A stretch of 64,000 nucleotides of DNA from Alphaproteobacteria bacterium. Its GTDB lineage: Bacteria > Pseudomonadota > Alphaproteobacteria > CALKHQ01. The notes under the pieces were generated by a model that was not told where the DNA came from, ran no database searches, and saw only the letters and a program-made list of their open reading frames with translations. Below are positions 1 to 9,721 of the stretch, in pieces; positions within the stretch are counted from its first letter, which is position 1, and each line of letters starts with the position of its first letter. The translations under genes and the position numbers were made by a program. The stretch covers positions 704,001 through 768,000 of the forward strand of contig CBDDFZ010000002.1 of the NCBI GenBank assembly GCA_965227515.1, given 5' to 3'.

Positions 1-480
1 GATCAGGCCGAGTGCGAACGCGCCCTCCACCTCGGCCAGGGTGGCGCGGGTTGCCTCCACCGGCGTCATGCCGTCTTCCTCGATCAGCTTGGTCAGCATC
101 ACCGCCACAACCTCGGTGTCGGTGTCGGTCTCGAAATTGCGCCCGTGCAGCTTGCGGCGCAGCGCCATGTGGTTCTCGATGATGCCGTTGTGCACCACCG
201 CCACCTTCTCGGTGCCGTGCGGGTGGGCGTTGTTCTCGGTCGGCGCGCCGTGGGTTGCCCAGCGGGTGTGGCCGATGCCGGTGTTGCCGACCAGCGGCGC
301 ATTGGCGATCACCGCTTCCAGGTTGGCGAGCTTGCCGGCGGCGCGGCGCCGGTCGATGTGCCCGTTGGTCAGGGTCGCGATGCCGGCGCTGTCATAACCC
401 CTGTATTCCAGCCGCTTCAGGCCGTCCAGCAGGCGCGGGGCGGCGGGTTTCGAGCCGACGATGCCGATGATGCCGCACAT
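1..480 (-). CDS. glmS: Glutamine--fructose-6-phosphate transaminase (N-terminal part, truncated by window edge)
   Basis: Not in the ORF track. Read manually from ATG at 480: MCGIIGIVG...LKRLEYRGYDSAG...GIGHTRWATHG...NAHPH (Ntn glutaminase domain). Lies directly downstream of glmU. Confidence 0.97.
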   Translation of the reverse strand, partial: MCGIIGIVGSKPAAPRLLDGLKRLEYRGYDSAGIATLTNGHIDRRRAAGKLANLEAVIANAPLVGNTGIGHTRWATHGAPTENNAHPHGTEKVAVVHNGIIENHMALRRKLHGRNFETDTDTEVVAVMLTKLIEEDGMTPVEATRATLAEVEGAFALGLI

Positions 481-484
481 ATGC

Positions 485-1852
485 TCAGTCCTTCTTGGCC
501 TGTCCGTTCGACGTGTCGCCGCGCTCCCTGGCCTGGAAGCGGGTCGCGTAGTCGGCGATGTCGTGCTGGCGCTCGCGGGCGACCGCCAGCGCATCGGCGG
601 CCACGTCCTTGGTGATGGTGCTGCCGGCGGCGACGATGGCTCCGGCGCCGATGACGACGGGGGCGACCAGCGCGGTGTTGGAGCCGATGAAGGCGCGCTC
701 GCCGATGACCGTTTGGTGCTTCAGATAGCCGTCGTAATTGCAGGTGATGGTGCCGGCGCCCAGGTTGGAGCTGGCGCCGACCACCGCGTCGCCGACATAG
801 GACAGGTGGTTGACCTTGGCGCCGGGGCCGAGGGCGGCGTTCTTCACCTCGACGTAGTTGCCGATCCGCACCTTCTCGGCCAGCTCGGTGCCGGGGCGCA
901 GGCGCGCGAACGGCCCCACCGTCACGTCGTCGGCCAAGGTAGCGCCCTCGACGTGGCTGAACGCCTTGATGTGCGCGCGCTTGCCGATGACGACCTTGGG
1001 CCCGAACCACACCGACGGCTCGACGATGGTGTCGGCGCCGATCTTGGTGTCGTGGCTGAACCAGGTGGTCGCCGGGTCGATCAGGGTGACGCCGGCTTCG
1101 AGTGCGGCCTGGCGCAGCCGCTGCTGGGCAATGCCCTCGGCCACCGCCAGCGCGGCGCGCGAATCGACGCCCATCACCTCGTCCGGGTCGGCTTCGACCA
1201 CGGCGCAGGCGCGGCCATCGCCGCAGGCAATCGAGACCAGGTCGGTCAGGTAGTACTCGCCCTTGGCGTTGTCGTTGCCGATCTGGCGCAGATAGCGGGT
1301 CAGCACGGTGCCGTCGATGGCCATCACGCCGGCATTGCACATCGCCGGGTTGCCGTCGGCCTCGGTCAGGTCGGCGGCCTCCACGATGCGCGACAGGCTG
1401 CCGTCGTCTCCGATGATCAGGCGGCCGTAGCGGCCGGGGTCGTCCGGCCGGAAGCCCAGCACGACGACGGCCGGGTCGTCCGCCGCGCGCCGCGCGTCCA
1501 GCATGCGGCGCAGGGTGGCCCGCGTGATCAGTGGCGTGTCGCCGAACAGCACCAGCACGTCGCCGTCGAAGCCGAACAGCTCGTCCAGCCCGGCCTTCAC
1601 CGCGTCCGCCGTGCCCTGTGCCTGGATCTGTACGGCGGTCGGGATCGGCGACACCGCGTTCGTCACGTCCTGCATGCCGGGGGCAACCACCACCACCTGG
1701 CGGGACGGCGCCAGCCCGGCGACCGTCGCCGTGACGTGGCGGATCATCGGCAGGCCCGCCACCTTGTGCAGCACCTTGGGCAGGTCCGACTTCATGCGGG
1801 TGCCGCGCCCGGCCGCCAGAATCACGGCGGCGAATTCGGTTTGCGTCTTCAC
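485..1852 (-). CDS. glmU: Bifunctional UDP-GlcNAc pyrophosphorylase / glucosamine-1-P acetyltransferase
   Basis: AVILAAGRGTRMKSDLPKVLH, GEYYLTD, hexapeptide repeats and NYDG motif. GTG start at 1852 chosen from upstream GGAGAAG. Confidence 0.97.
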   Translation of the reverse strand: MKTQTEFAAVILAAGRGTRMKSDLPKVLHKVAGLPMIRHVTATVAGLAPSRQVVVVAPGMQDVTNAVSPIPTAVQIQAQGTADAVKAGLDELFGFDGDVLVLFGDTPLITRATLRRMLDARRAADDPAVVVLGFRPDDPGRYGRLIIGDDGSLSRIVEAADLTEADGNPAMCNAGVMAIDGTVLTRYLRQIGNDNAKGEYYLTDLVSIACGDGRACAVVEADPDEVMGVDSRAALAVAEGIAQQRLRQAALEAGVTLIDPATTWFSHDTKIGADTIVEPSVWFGPKVVIGKRAHIKAFSHVEGATLADDVTVGPFARLRPGTELAEKVRIGNYVEVKNAALGPGAKVNHLSYVGDAVVGASSNLGAGTITCNYDGYLKHQTVIGERAFIGSNTALVAPVVIGAGAIVAAGSTITKDVAADALAVARERQHDIADYATRFQARERGDTSNGQAKKD

Positions 1853-2060
1853 GGGCAACACTTCTCCAGCTTCGGTCTTCGTCGCGCGGTACTTCAATCG
1901 GGGTCAGCTTGCGCTGAGGGCCGGCGCCGATTGAAATGATCGCGATGGCGGCGACGCTGCCACAAGGCGCTGTATGACCCAAGTCAACAAATGTTACCAA
2001 ACATTGCCTGCGTCCTGACGCCGTCAGCCCGATCCTTTCGACCTGGAACACCGCCCGCCC

Positions 2061-2729
2061 ATGGCCGCCGCCCTGTTGTTCGACCTCGACGGCACCCTCG
2101 TCGACACGCTGCCCGACATCGCCGCCGCGCTGAACGCCACCTTGGCGGAACAGGGCGCCGATCCGCTGGCGCCGGACAAGGTGCGTGCGCTGGTGGGGCA
2201 TGGCGTGCGCCGGCTGGTGGAGCGCGCGGTGCCGGTGGCGATGTCCGGCGGGCCAAATGGTGGGCTGGACGGCGCGGTCACGGCGTTCGAGCGCCATTAC
2301 GCGGCCAACGGCCACGCCGGCAGCCAGCTGTTTCCCGATGTGGCAGCGACGCTGACCATGCTGCGCGATGCCGGCCATCCGATGGCGGTCTGCACCAACA
2401 AGCCGCTGGCCGCCGCGCGCGGCACCATCGCCAAGGTCGGGCTGGACGGCCTGCTGACGGTGGTCGGTGCCGGCGACAGCTTCCCGGTGCGCAAGCCGGA
2501 CCCGGCGCACATCCACGCCACCCTTGCCCTGCTCGGGCACCCGCCGGGTACTCCTGCGGCAATGATCGGCGATTCCATCGTGGACCTGGAAGCCGCGCAC
2601 GCCGCCGACCTGCCGTGCGTGCTGGTCCGCCACGGCTATTCGGCGGTGCCGGTCGATGAATTGGGCGCCGAAGCGGTGATCGACGGATTCAGCGAGCTGC
2701 CGGGTGTGTTGGAGGGGTTGTTGGCCTGA
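2061..2729 (+). CDS. gph: HAD-superfamily phosphoglycolate phosphatase-like hydrolase
   Basis: FDLDGTLVDT, TNK, KPDP and GDSIVD HAD motifs. Confidence 0.85.
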   Translation: MAAALLFDLDGTLVDTLPDIAAALNATLAEQGADPLAPDKVRALVGHGVRRLVERAVPVAMSGGPNGGLDGAVTAFERHYAANGHAGSQLFPDVAATLTMLRDAGHPMAVCTNKPLAAARGTIAKVGLDGLLTVVGAGDSFPVRKPDPAHIHATLALLGHPPGTPAAMIGDSIVDLEAAHAADLPCVLVRHGYSAVPVDELGAEAVIDGFSELPGVLEGLLA

Positions 2730-2740
2730 TACCAATAACA

Positions 2741-2887
2741 TGATGCCCTCGGCCTTGTGCCGAGGGCCCATTTCGACGCGTCTTAGATGTATTTCGGTAT
2801 GTCGAAGAGCATCCGCTTCAGGTATTGCTGGCAGGCCCCATCATGCGTTTGCGGACATGGGCCCTCGGCACAGGGCCGAGGGCGTCA
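2741..2887. repeat. REPIN/MITE-like palindromic doublet, family A (variant)
   Basis: 31-bp inverted arms TGATGCCCTCGGCCTTGTGCCGAGGGCCCAT (2741-2771) and ATGGGCCCTCGGCACAGGGCCGAGGGCGTCA (2857-2887), each a hairpin. Lies between convergent genes. Confidence 0.9.
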
Positions 2888-2899
2888 AACCAACTTGAC

Positions 2900-3799
2900 C
2901 TAAACCGCCTCTATCACACCCTGCATGATCGGGACGCAGGCGCCGCCGATCTCGGTCGCGGTGACGGCACCGCCGCTCTTGGTGGCGCTGGCGACCAGAT
3001 GGCTGGGGCGGCCCATCTCGCGGCCCTGCAGGATGTCCCACGTGAGCGTGCTGTCGGTGGGCGAGGCCAGGCTGGCGAGCAGGCCGGCCAATGCGGCATT
3101 GGCGCTGCCGGTGCCGGGGTCCTCTATCACGCCATGGTTGGGCGCGAACATCCGCGCGCAGACGTCGGTGGGCTTGCCGACATCGGGCACATAGAGGTGC
3201 AACGCGAAGTCCGCGCTCTCGCGCGCGAACGCCGCGATATCGGGCGATGCACCGGACAGGGCCTCCAGCGACGCCAGTTCGGCCATGACAAACGGCAGGC
3301 CGACCGAAGCGTAAACCGGCGCATGCCGCGTGGTGACGACGGCGGACACATCGATGCCGGCGCAGCGCGCCACCACCGCCGGGTCGACCTCGTCGCCGGT
3401 TTCGAACGGCGCGGGCGCGGTCAGCCGGGCACCGCTCGGCGTGCCGTCGGACGCGCGCTGGATCGCGACCGGGACCAGCCCGACCTTTTCCTCGAACACC
3501 ACCCGGTCGCCGACCGGCCGGCCGAAGAACTCGCCGATGCGGGAAAGCGCGTAGGCCGTGCCGATGTTGGGGTGACCGGCGAACGGCACCTCGCGGCCGG
3601 GGGTGAAGATGCGCACGTTCGCGGTGTGGGCTGGATCGTCCGGCGGCAGCACGAACGTGGTCTCGGCGTAGTTGAACTCCGCCGCTATGGCTTGCATCGT
3701 CGTGGTGTCCAGCCCCTCCGCCTCGGTGACCACGGCAAGCTGGTTGCCGCCGAAGGGCGTGTGGGAAAAGACGTCGACGGTGACGTAGGCGCGCGGCAT
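2900..3799 (-). CDS. PhzF family isomerase
   Basis: VDVFS...GNQLAVV, ETTFV, EVPFAGHPNIG and EDPGTGSANAAL motifs. Confidence 0.93.
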   Translation of the reverse strand: MPRAYVTVDVFSHTPFGGNQLAVVTEAEGLDTTTMQAIAAEFNYAETTFVLPPDDPAHTANVRIFTPGREVPFAGHPNIGTAYALSRIGEFFGRPVGDRVVFEEKVGLVPVAIQRASDGTPSGARLTAPAPFETGDEVDPAVVARCAGIDVSAVVTTRHAPVYASVGLPFVMAELASLEALSGASPDIAAFARESADFALHLYVPDVGKPTDVCARMFAPNHGVIEDPGTGSANAALAGLLASLASPTDSTLTWDILQGREMGRPSHLVASATKSGGAVTATEIGGACVPIMQGVIEAV

Positions 3800-3818
3800 G
3801 GGCGGGGCGGTGGTGCGG

Positions 3819-6800
3819 TCAGCCGTTCAGCCGGCCGATTGACCGCGCCAGCATGACATAGAGCCGGCCGACATCGGAACTGAGGAAGGTTGCGTTCAGC
3901 ACATCCTCCAGGCCCGAGCGCTTGGTCTGGCTCAGCAATTCCTCGAACTGCACCAGATAGCGGTTCACGTGGTCGCGGAACTCGCTGTCGCGCTCATAGC
4001 GCGCCTTGATGTCGACCAGCACCGCGCGGTCGCGCAGGCCCACCAGCTTGCGCGCGAAGATGCCCCGGTCGCCCTTGTGATAGCGCTGCCAGACGTCGTC
4101 GCTGACATTGGCCTGCATGCCGCGCGAGATGTCGATGGCCGACGACTCCAGCCGCTCGATGATGAACCCGGCCTGGCGCATGAAGCTGTCGCCCTGGGTG
4201 CGCGCCGCCAGCTCCGACAGTTGCTCGATGGCCGAGCGGGCATCGGTGGCGATCTCCGACAGCGAGATCGCCTGTTCGCGGAAGCCCTGGATCGCGGTCT
4301 CGGCCTGCTCGGCCACCTTGTTGCTGGTGCGTTGCAGCACGCTGGCGCGCTGGTCGAGCGCGTTGTCGACCTGCTGGCTCTGATCGGCCGCCCAGTTGAC
4401 CGTGCGCTCCACGGCCGCGGCGTGGTCCTGCAACTGCTTGGCGATGGTGGCGAACTGGGCCTCGATGTGGTCCTGAACCGTGCGCAGCCCGTCGATCTGG
4501 CCGGCGAAGGTGGTGTTCAGCCGGGCGAGCTTGGCATCGACCGCGTCGCCGAGCTGGGACAGCGCGGTCGACTGCGATTCCGCCTGCTTGCCGGCATCGG
4601 CCATGGTGCGGCTGGTGCGCTCGCCGGCGGCGTTCATCTTCTCGCTCTCGGCGGCCAGGCGGGCGGCGACGGCGGTCAGCGATTCACCCAGCGTGGCGCC
4701 GGTTTCCGCCAGTTCCGACTGGCGCCGCTTCAGGTCCTGCTCGGCCTTGACCATCGCGTCCGCCTCGGCGCGGGCGCGGGCGCCGGCCCCCTCCACGGCG
4801 CTGGCCATCTCGTCGGACTTCGCCGTCAGGTCCACGGTCAGCCCGTCGATCTGCTCGCGCAGCCCGCCGACCTTGCGGTCGAAGCCGTCGGCCAGCATCG
4901 ACAGCGCGCTCGCCTGATCGGCCAACGCGGTGCCGACGGTGCGGGCGCGGCCCTCGATGGTGCCCTTGGCGTCGTCCAGCTCGGACAGATGGGTGCGCAG
5001 GCCGTCGATGGCGACCTCGACCTGGCCGGTCACGCTTTCCGCCGACTTCCGCACTTCCGCGGCATCGTCTTGCAGGTTCTGCACCAGCATGCGTAGCGCG
5101 GCCTCGGCATCGCCACCGGCCGTCGTCACCTTGCCGGCGCTGTCTTGCAGGGCGTCGGCAAGGCCGGTCACGCGGCTGGCGGCGACATCGCCGGCAGAGC
5201 GCACAGCCTCCAGCTTCTCGGCCATGGCGGTCGAGACCCGCTCCAGGGTGGCGGTCGAGCGCTCGCCGGCATCGGCCAAGGCGGCATCGGTCGCCTCGGT
5301 CTTCTCCGACAGTGTGGTCAACGCCTCGCCGATCTTTGCGGCGGCGGCGTCGGCCAGCGTGGCCGACTCCTGGCGCACCGCATCCAGGTCGCGGCGCACT
5401 TCGGCAGCCAGATCGCGCAGGCGCCGCGCGCCGGCGCGGGTGGTCTCGCCCAGCACCGCTTCCGCCGTCTCGACCTGCTTGCCGAGCCGGTTCTGCAGCG
5501 CGTCCAGCCGGTCGTTGGCCTGGGTGGCGATGGCATCCATACGGTCGCGCACGTCAGGCAGCGCTTCCATCACATCGCGAATGCGCTTGGAGGCGTCTGA
5601 CGCCCGGTCGACCGCACCGTCCAGCGACTGTGCGATGGCGCCCTCGGTCTCGGCCGACATGGTCTTCAGCCGGTCCTCCACCGTAGCCGCCGTCTTCAGC
5701 ACGCGGGCTTCCGCGCCGTCGGCCTCGGTCGCGAACGCCTGGCCGATGGCGGCGATGCGCGCCTCGGTCTTGGCCGACATATCTGTCAACATGGCGTCGG
5801 CGGTGCGGCCGATCTCTTCGCTGCGGCCACGTGCGCGATCCGCCATGTCCTGCAATTGGCTGTCCATGCGGGTGCCGGCGTCGGCGACGGCTGCCTCGGT
5901 TTCGCTGGTCTGGTCCGCCAGGGACTTAGCGAACGCGGCGATCCGGCCCTGCGACCTCTCCGACAGATCCGCCAACGCGGCCTCTGTGGACGTGCCGATT
6001 TCCTGGCTGCGGCTTTGGGCGCGCTCCGCCAGGCTCTGCAAATGATCGTCGATGCGCGTGCCGGACTTGGCGATCGCGGCCTCGGTCTCGCTCGTGCGGT
6101 CCACCAGCGACTTCGCCATGGCGGCGATACGCGCCTCGGTCTTGTCGGAGATCGAGGCCAGCATGGCCTCGGCGCCGCGCTCGGTGTCCTCGGTCTGGGC
6201 CTTGGTGCGCGCCACGAACGCGCGCATCGCCTCGTCCATGCGGCTGGTGGTCTCGGCGAAGTGGCGCTCCGCATCCTCCGCGCCGCCGGCAATCGCCGTC
6301 TTCGCGGTTTCGGCATGCTCGCCCGCGCGCGCCGCAAGCTGGCCCAGGGCGGCATCGACGCTGGAGACTTCGGCCTGCGCGCCGGCGAAGATATCGGCGA
6401 TCCGGCGCTGGGTCTCGTCCAGCACGGCGGAGATGTCGGCATCGGCGCTGGACGCCCGGTCGGTCATCGACTGGGCCAATGTCTCGATCCGCGCCTCGGT
6501 CTTGGCAGCGATGTCGCCAAGCATGGCGACGGCCGCGGCCTGGGTCTCGGCACTTTGCGCGGTCGTCTTGTCGGCCAGCGTCTGCAACCTGTCTTCAAGC
6601 TGGTCGACGGTCTCGGCAAGCCTGTCCTCGGCGGACTGCGCGCTGCTGGTCGCGGCCAGCGAAATGCCGTCGATCCGCTCCCCGGCGCGCGAGGCCATGG
6701 CGGCGAGCGCGATCTCGAGCTGGCCGATGTCGTCCTGGGCGGCCGCGATGGTCGACGCGACCCGGTCGCGGGTGCCGCGCAGCACGCCCTCGATATTGCC

Positions 6801-9485
6801 GTCTGTGCTGGCGACGCTGGCGGCCAGCGACTTGTTCAGTTCGTCGATGCGTCCGCTCATGCGGGCGATGACGGTGGAGAGCTGGGTCTCGATGGCGGTA
6901 CCGCCGGCCCGGACCTCGGCAATGCCGTCGGCCACCAGCGCCGTCGCGCGGCGGCTGGCCTCGCGCAGGGCGGCCTCGGCCTGGTCGACGCTGCCGTGGC
7001 TGACCGACGCCACCTCGGCCAACTGGCGCGCCATCGCCTGGCCGGCGGCGACCAGCTTGCGGTCGGCCTCCTCGGCATGGGCGGCGAGTTTCTGGCCGGC
7101 ATCCGCCGCACCTTGCGTGGCGGTCTCGGCGGTCTGGCGGAACGCGGCCTCGGTGCCGGCGAGATCGCTCCGCACCGCCTCGGACGCGTCGGCGACCTCG
7201 CGCGAGGTGGCATTGGCCAGGTCGGCGAGTTGCCGCCCGGTCTTCGACACATCGATCTCGATCTGGCTCGCGATCGCCTTCACCCGCGACGCGGTGCCTT
7301 CCGCGCTGCCGGTCAGCGCGCGGCCGGTGTCCTCGACGGCGGCGCGGGCGTCTGCGGCCGCCTGTTCGGCGCGGGCGCGTGCGGCCTCGGCCAGCGCGGT
7401 CAGCGAGGTATCGGTCTCGCCGGTGAGCGCGGTCAGGCGGGCGGCGGCCTGTTCGACGATATCGGTCAGTGCGCGGCTGCTTTCGGCCAGCCGGGTTTCC
7501 GATGCGCGCACGGCCTCTTCCGCCCGGTCGGCGGCATCGTCGGCCAGCGTGCCCAGCTTGTGATCGGTCGACGCCACCACATCGGCCAGCCGGGCCGATT
7601 CCGCGGCGAGCCGCTGATCCGCATCCTGGATGATCGCCTTCAGATTGGCGTCGGCGTCCTGCATGTGGGACCGCAACGCATCGGTCTTGGCGCGCATGTC
7701 CGCGCTGCGCTCTTCCAGTGTGTCGGTCTGCTGGCCGATGGTGATGCCGAGCGCGCCGATCTCCTGGCGCGCCTGTACGATCATCGCTTCAAGGGCGGTG
7801 GCACGGTCGCGCACGGTCTCGGTGGCGGTGCCGGCGGCGTCGGTCAGGGTCGCGGCAACGCTGGCGAACGCCTCCGCCTGTTCCTTCGAGGCGGCGACGC
7901 CCGCCTTGCCCGACGTTTCCAGCCGGTCGACGGTGGCGGTCAGGTGTTCCGCCGCGTCCTGGATCAACGAACGAGCCTCCGCCGCCTTCTCGCTCGTGTT
8001 GCGCACGGTCACGTCCATGCGGCCGCGTTGCTCGGCCAGATTGCGGGTCAGGTCCTCGGCCCAGTCGTGCACCGCATCGCGGCTCTGCTCCAGGCTGGCG
8101 GCCTGCGCCTGCAGGCTTTCGGTGGCCTTGGCGACCTCGCCGCCGATGGCGGTGGCCCGCTCGCGGACCTGTCCGACGCTCTGGTCGAAGCGTTCGCCCA
8201 GGGTGCGCAGGTGCTGCTCTGCGGCGGTGCCGGCCTTGTCGAGCACGTCGACCTGCTTGGCGACCGCGGCCTCGATGGAACCGATGCGCTGCTCGGCGGC
8301 GGTGCCGGCGTTGTCCAGCGTGGTGCGTTGGGCCTCCAGTCGTTCGGCGATGCGCGCGGCGGCGTCGCCCAGCCGTGTCGTTGTCGCCTCCAGCTCGGTG
8401 CGCCGTTCATCGGCCATGGCCGACAGGCTTTCGAGTTGCTCCATCGCCGTCTTGGAGGCTGAGCGCATGTAGCGCCCGGACTTGCGCAGCATCGGCGCGA
8501 TCTGCTGCGATTTCTCCATCGCGATGTCGGCCGACCGGGTGACCGCCTCGGCCTGTTCGCTCAGCAGGTCGCGGATCTTGCCGGCCTGGCTGCCGGCCTT
8601 CTCGGTCACCGCTTCCAGATGATCGACCTGATCGGCCATGGTCTGCGACATGCTGCTGGCGCTGGCCTGTGCGGTATCCAGGGTCGAGCGCAACTCAGTG
8701 CTGCGCTGCTCCAGATCGGTGCAGATCGCCTGGGTGCTGTCGAAGGCATGCTGCACCAGGTCGGACAGCGACTTGGTCTGGTGGACGACCAGATCCTCGA
8801 CCGTCCTCACGTCCTGGGCGGCGGAATTGGAGACCTGGCGCATCTCGTCGGTCTGCCGGCGCAGCGCCTGCAACACCGATTTGGCCCGCAGTTCGATATC
8901 GTCGGCCAGGCCCTTGATCTCGCCCTGGCCCTCGCGGAACTTCAGCGCCACGTCGTCGGCGATGCCCATGGCGTGGTCGGAGACGGAGCGGAACTCATCG
9001 GTCTGCAGGCGCAGGGTGCGGGCGATGTCCTGCACGTCGTTGCTGACCGTGGCCGTGGGGTGCTCCAGCATGCCGAGGTGGCGGGTCAGCGCATCCGATT
9101 GCGCGCGCAGCCGCGCGCCCCGCGCCACATAGCCGACGATCAGCCAGGCCGCCATCGGCACCAGCAGCACGATGGCGCAGACGCCGGCCAGCTCGTGCGG
9201 CAGCATGTAGCTGAGATTGTCCAGCCCGTAGGCGCCGACCAGGTAGAAACCCCAGGCCAGCAGCCAGACAACCGTGAAGGCGGCGCAGGCGATGCCGCTG
9301 GCGCCGAGACCGTCGAGCAGGCGCCGCGACGCATCCAGTCCGAAGTCGCTGGGTCGGCCGTGCCGGCGCTCGCCGGCCAGCGCGGCGTCTTCCGTGCTGA
9401 TCTGCGTGTCGTCGTCCGTTGCGTCATATGCAACGTGAATGCTCGGCGGTTCCTCCGACGAGCGGAATGGCGCGTGATCGGCCAT
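3819..9485 (-). CDS. Large membrane-anchored coiled-coil (apolipoprotein-like) polar scaffold, GPR/RgsE/TipN-like
   Basis: Two N-terminal TM helices, ~1600 aa of Ala/Glu/Arg helical repeats, and C-terminal domain W.RY..GDRGIFARKL...RYERDSEFRDHVNRYLVQFEELL...SSDVGRLYVMLARSIGRL typical of this family. SD AGGAGAG before ATG 9485. Confidence 0.75.
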   Translation of the reverse strand: MADHAPFRSSEEPPSIHVAYDATDDDTQISTEDAALAGERRHGRPSDFGLDASRRLLDGLGASGIACAAFTVVWLLAWGFYLVGAYGLDNLSYMLPHELAGVCAIVLLVPMAAWLIVGYVARGARLRAQSDALTRHLGMLEHPTATVSNDVQDIARTLRLQTDEFRSVSDHAMGIADDVALKFREGQGEIKGLADDIELRAKSVLQALRRQTDEMRQVSNSAAQDVRTVEDLVVHQTKSLSDLVQHAFDSTQAICTDLEQRSTELRSTLDTAQASASSMSQTMADQVDHLEAVTEKAGSQAGKIRDLLSEQAEAVTRSADIAMEKSQQIAPMLRKSGRYMRSASKTAMEQLESLSAMADERRTELEATTTRLGDAAARIAERLEAQRTTLDNAGTAAEQRIGSIEAAVAKQVDVLDKAGTAAEQHLRTLGERFDQSVGQVRERATAIGGEVAKATESLQAQAASLEQSRDAVHDWAEDLTRNLAEQRGRMDVTVRNTSEKAAEARSLIQDAAEHLTATVDRLETSGKAGVAASKEQAEAFASVAATLTDAAGTATETVRDRATALEAMIVQARQEIGALGITIGQQTDTLEERSADMRAKTDALRSHMQDADANLKAIIQDADQRLAAESARLADVVASTDHKLGTLADDAADRAEEAVRASETRLAESSRALTDIVEQAAARLTALTGETDTSLTALAEAARARAEQAAADARAAVEDTGRALTGSAEGTASRVKAIASQIEIDVSKTGRQLADLANATSREVADASEAVRSDLAGTEAAFRQTAETATQGAADAGQKLAAHAEEADRKLVAAGQAMARQLAEVASVSHGSVDQAEAALREASRRATALVADGIAEVRAGGTAIETQLSTVIARMSGRIDELNKSLAASVASTDGNIEGVLRGTRDRVASTIAAAQDDIGQLEIALAAMASRAGERIDGISLAATSSAQSAEDRLAETVDQLEDRLQTLADKTTAQSAETQAAAVAMLGDIAAKTEARIETLAQSMTDRASSADADISAVLDETQRRIADIFAGAQAEVSSVDAALGQLAARAGEHAETAKTAIAGGAEDAERHFAETTSRMDEAMRAFVARTKAQTEDTERGAEAMLASISDKTEARIAAMAKSLVDRTSETEAAIAKSGTRIDDHLQSLAERAQSRSQEIGTSTEAALADLSERSQGRIAAFAKSLADQTSETEAAVADAGTRMDSQLQDMADRARGRSEEIGRTADAMLTDMSAKTEARIAAIGQAFATEADGAEARVLKTAATVEDRLKTMSAETEGAIAQSLDGAVDRASDASKRIRDVMEALPDVRDRMDAIATQANDRLDALQNRLGKQVETAEAVLGETTRAGARRLRDLAAEVRRDLDAVRQESATLADAAAAKIGEALTTLSEKTEATDAALADAGERSTATLERVSTAMAEKLEAVRSAGDVAASRVTGLADALQDSAGKVTTAGGDAEAALRMLVQNLQDDAAEVRKSAESVTGQVEVAIDGLRTHLSELDDAKGTIEGRARTVGTALADQASALSMLADGFDRKVGGLREQIDGLTVDLTAKSDEMASAVEGAGARARAEADAMVKAEQDLKRRQSELAETGATLGESLTAVAARLAAESEKMNAAGERTSRTMADAGKQAESQSTALSQLGDAVDAKLARLNTTFAGQIDGLRTVQDHIEAQFATIAKQLQDHAAAVERTVNWAADQSQQVDNALDQRASVLQRTSNKVAEQAETAIQGFREQAISLSEIATDARSAIEQLSELAARTQGDSFMRQAGFIIERLESSAIDISRGMQANVSDDVWQRYHKGDRGIFARKLVGLRDRAVLVDIKARYERDSEFRDHVNRYLVQFEELLSQTKRSGLEDVLNATFLSSDVGRLYVMLARSIGRLNG

Positions 9486-9628
9486 GACGTCTCTCCTCGA
9501 CGTTGGTCGCAACGGCGCTCCGGTATGCGATTACCCCACCTCCGCACACCGGCGGCTGACCGACCCGGGATCGGTGAGCAAATCCAACGTCATGGTATCG
9601 TAGCGTCGCTTATGGCCGATTTGAACTG

Positions 9629-9697
9629 TAAAAGCAAAATTAACGCTAGTAACTGCCGGATTCGGCAGGGATTTTGTCCGTTTGGGGTATGGTTAAC
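9629..9697. promoter_or_regulatory. Putative CtrA box, GANTC site and TTAAC half-site upstream of the coiled-coil gene
   Basis: TAAA-N7-TTAAC (9629-9644, one mismatch), GATTC at 9659-9663, GGTTAAC at 9691-9697. Confidence 0.45.
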
Positions 9698-9721
9698 GGC
9701 GCCGGCAACTTGCCGGTCAAG

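Noticed and set aside
417-2771. 784-aa minus-strand ORF
   Set aside because: Off-frame of glmU and antisense of gph; it starts inside a repeat arm.
2900-3799. PhzF as a phenazine biosynthesis cluster
   Set aside because: No phzA/B/D/E/G nearby; stand-alone PhzF-like isomerases are common.
5856-8462. 868-aa and other long plus-strand ORFs over the coiled-coil gene
   Set aside because: Antisense shadows of the 1888-aa gene with no domain signatures.
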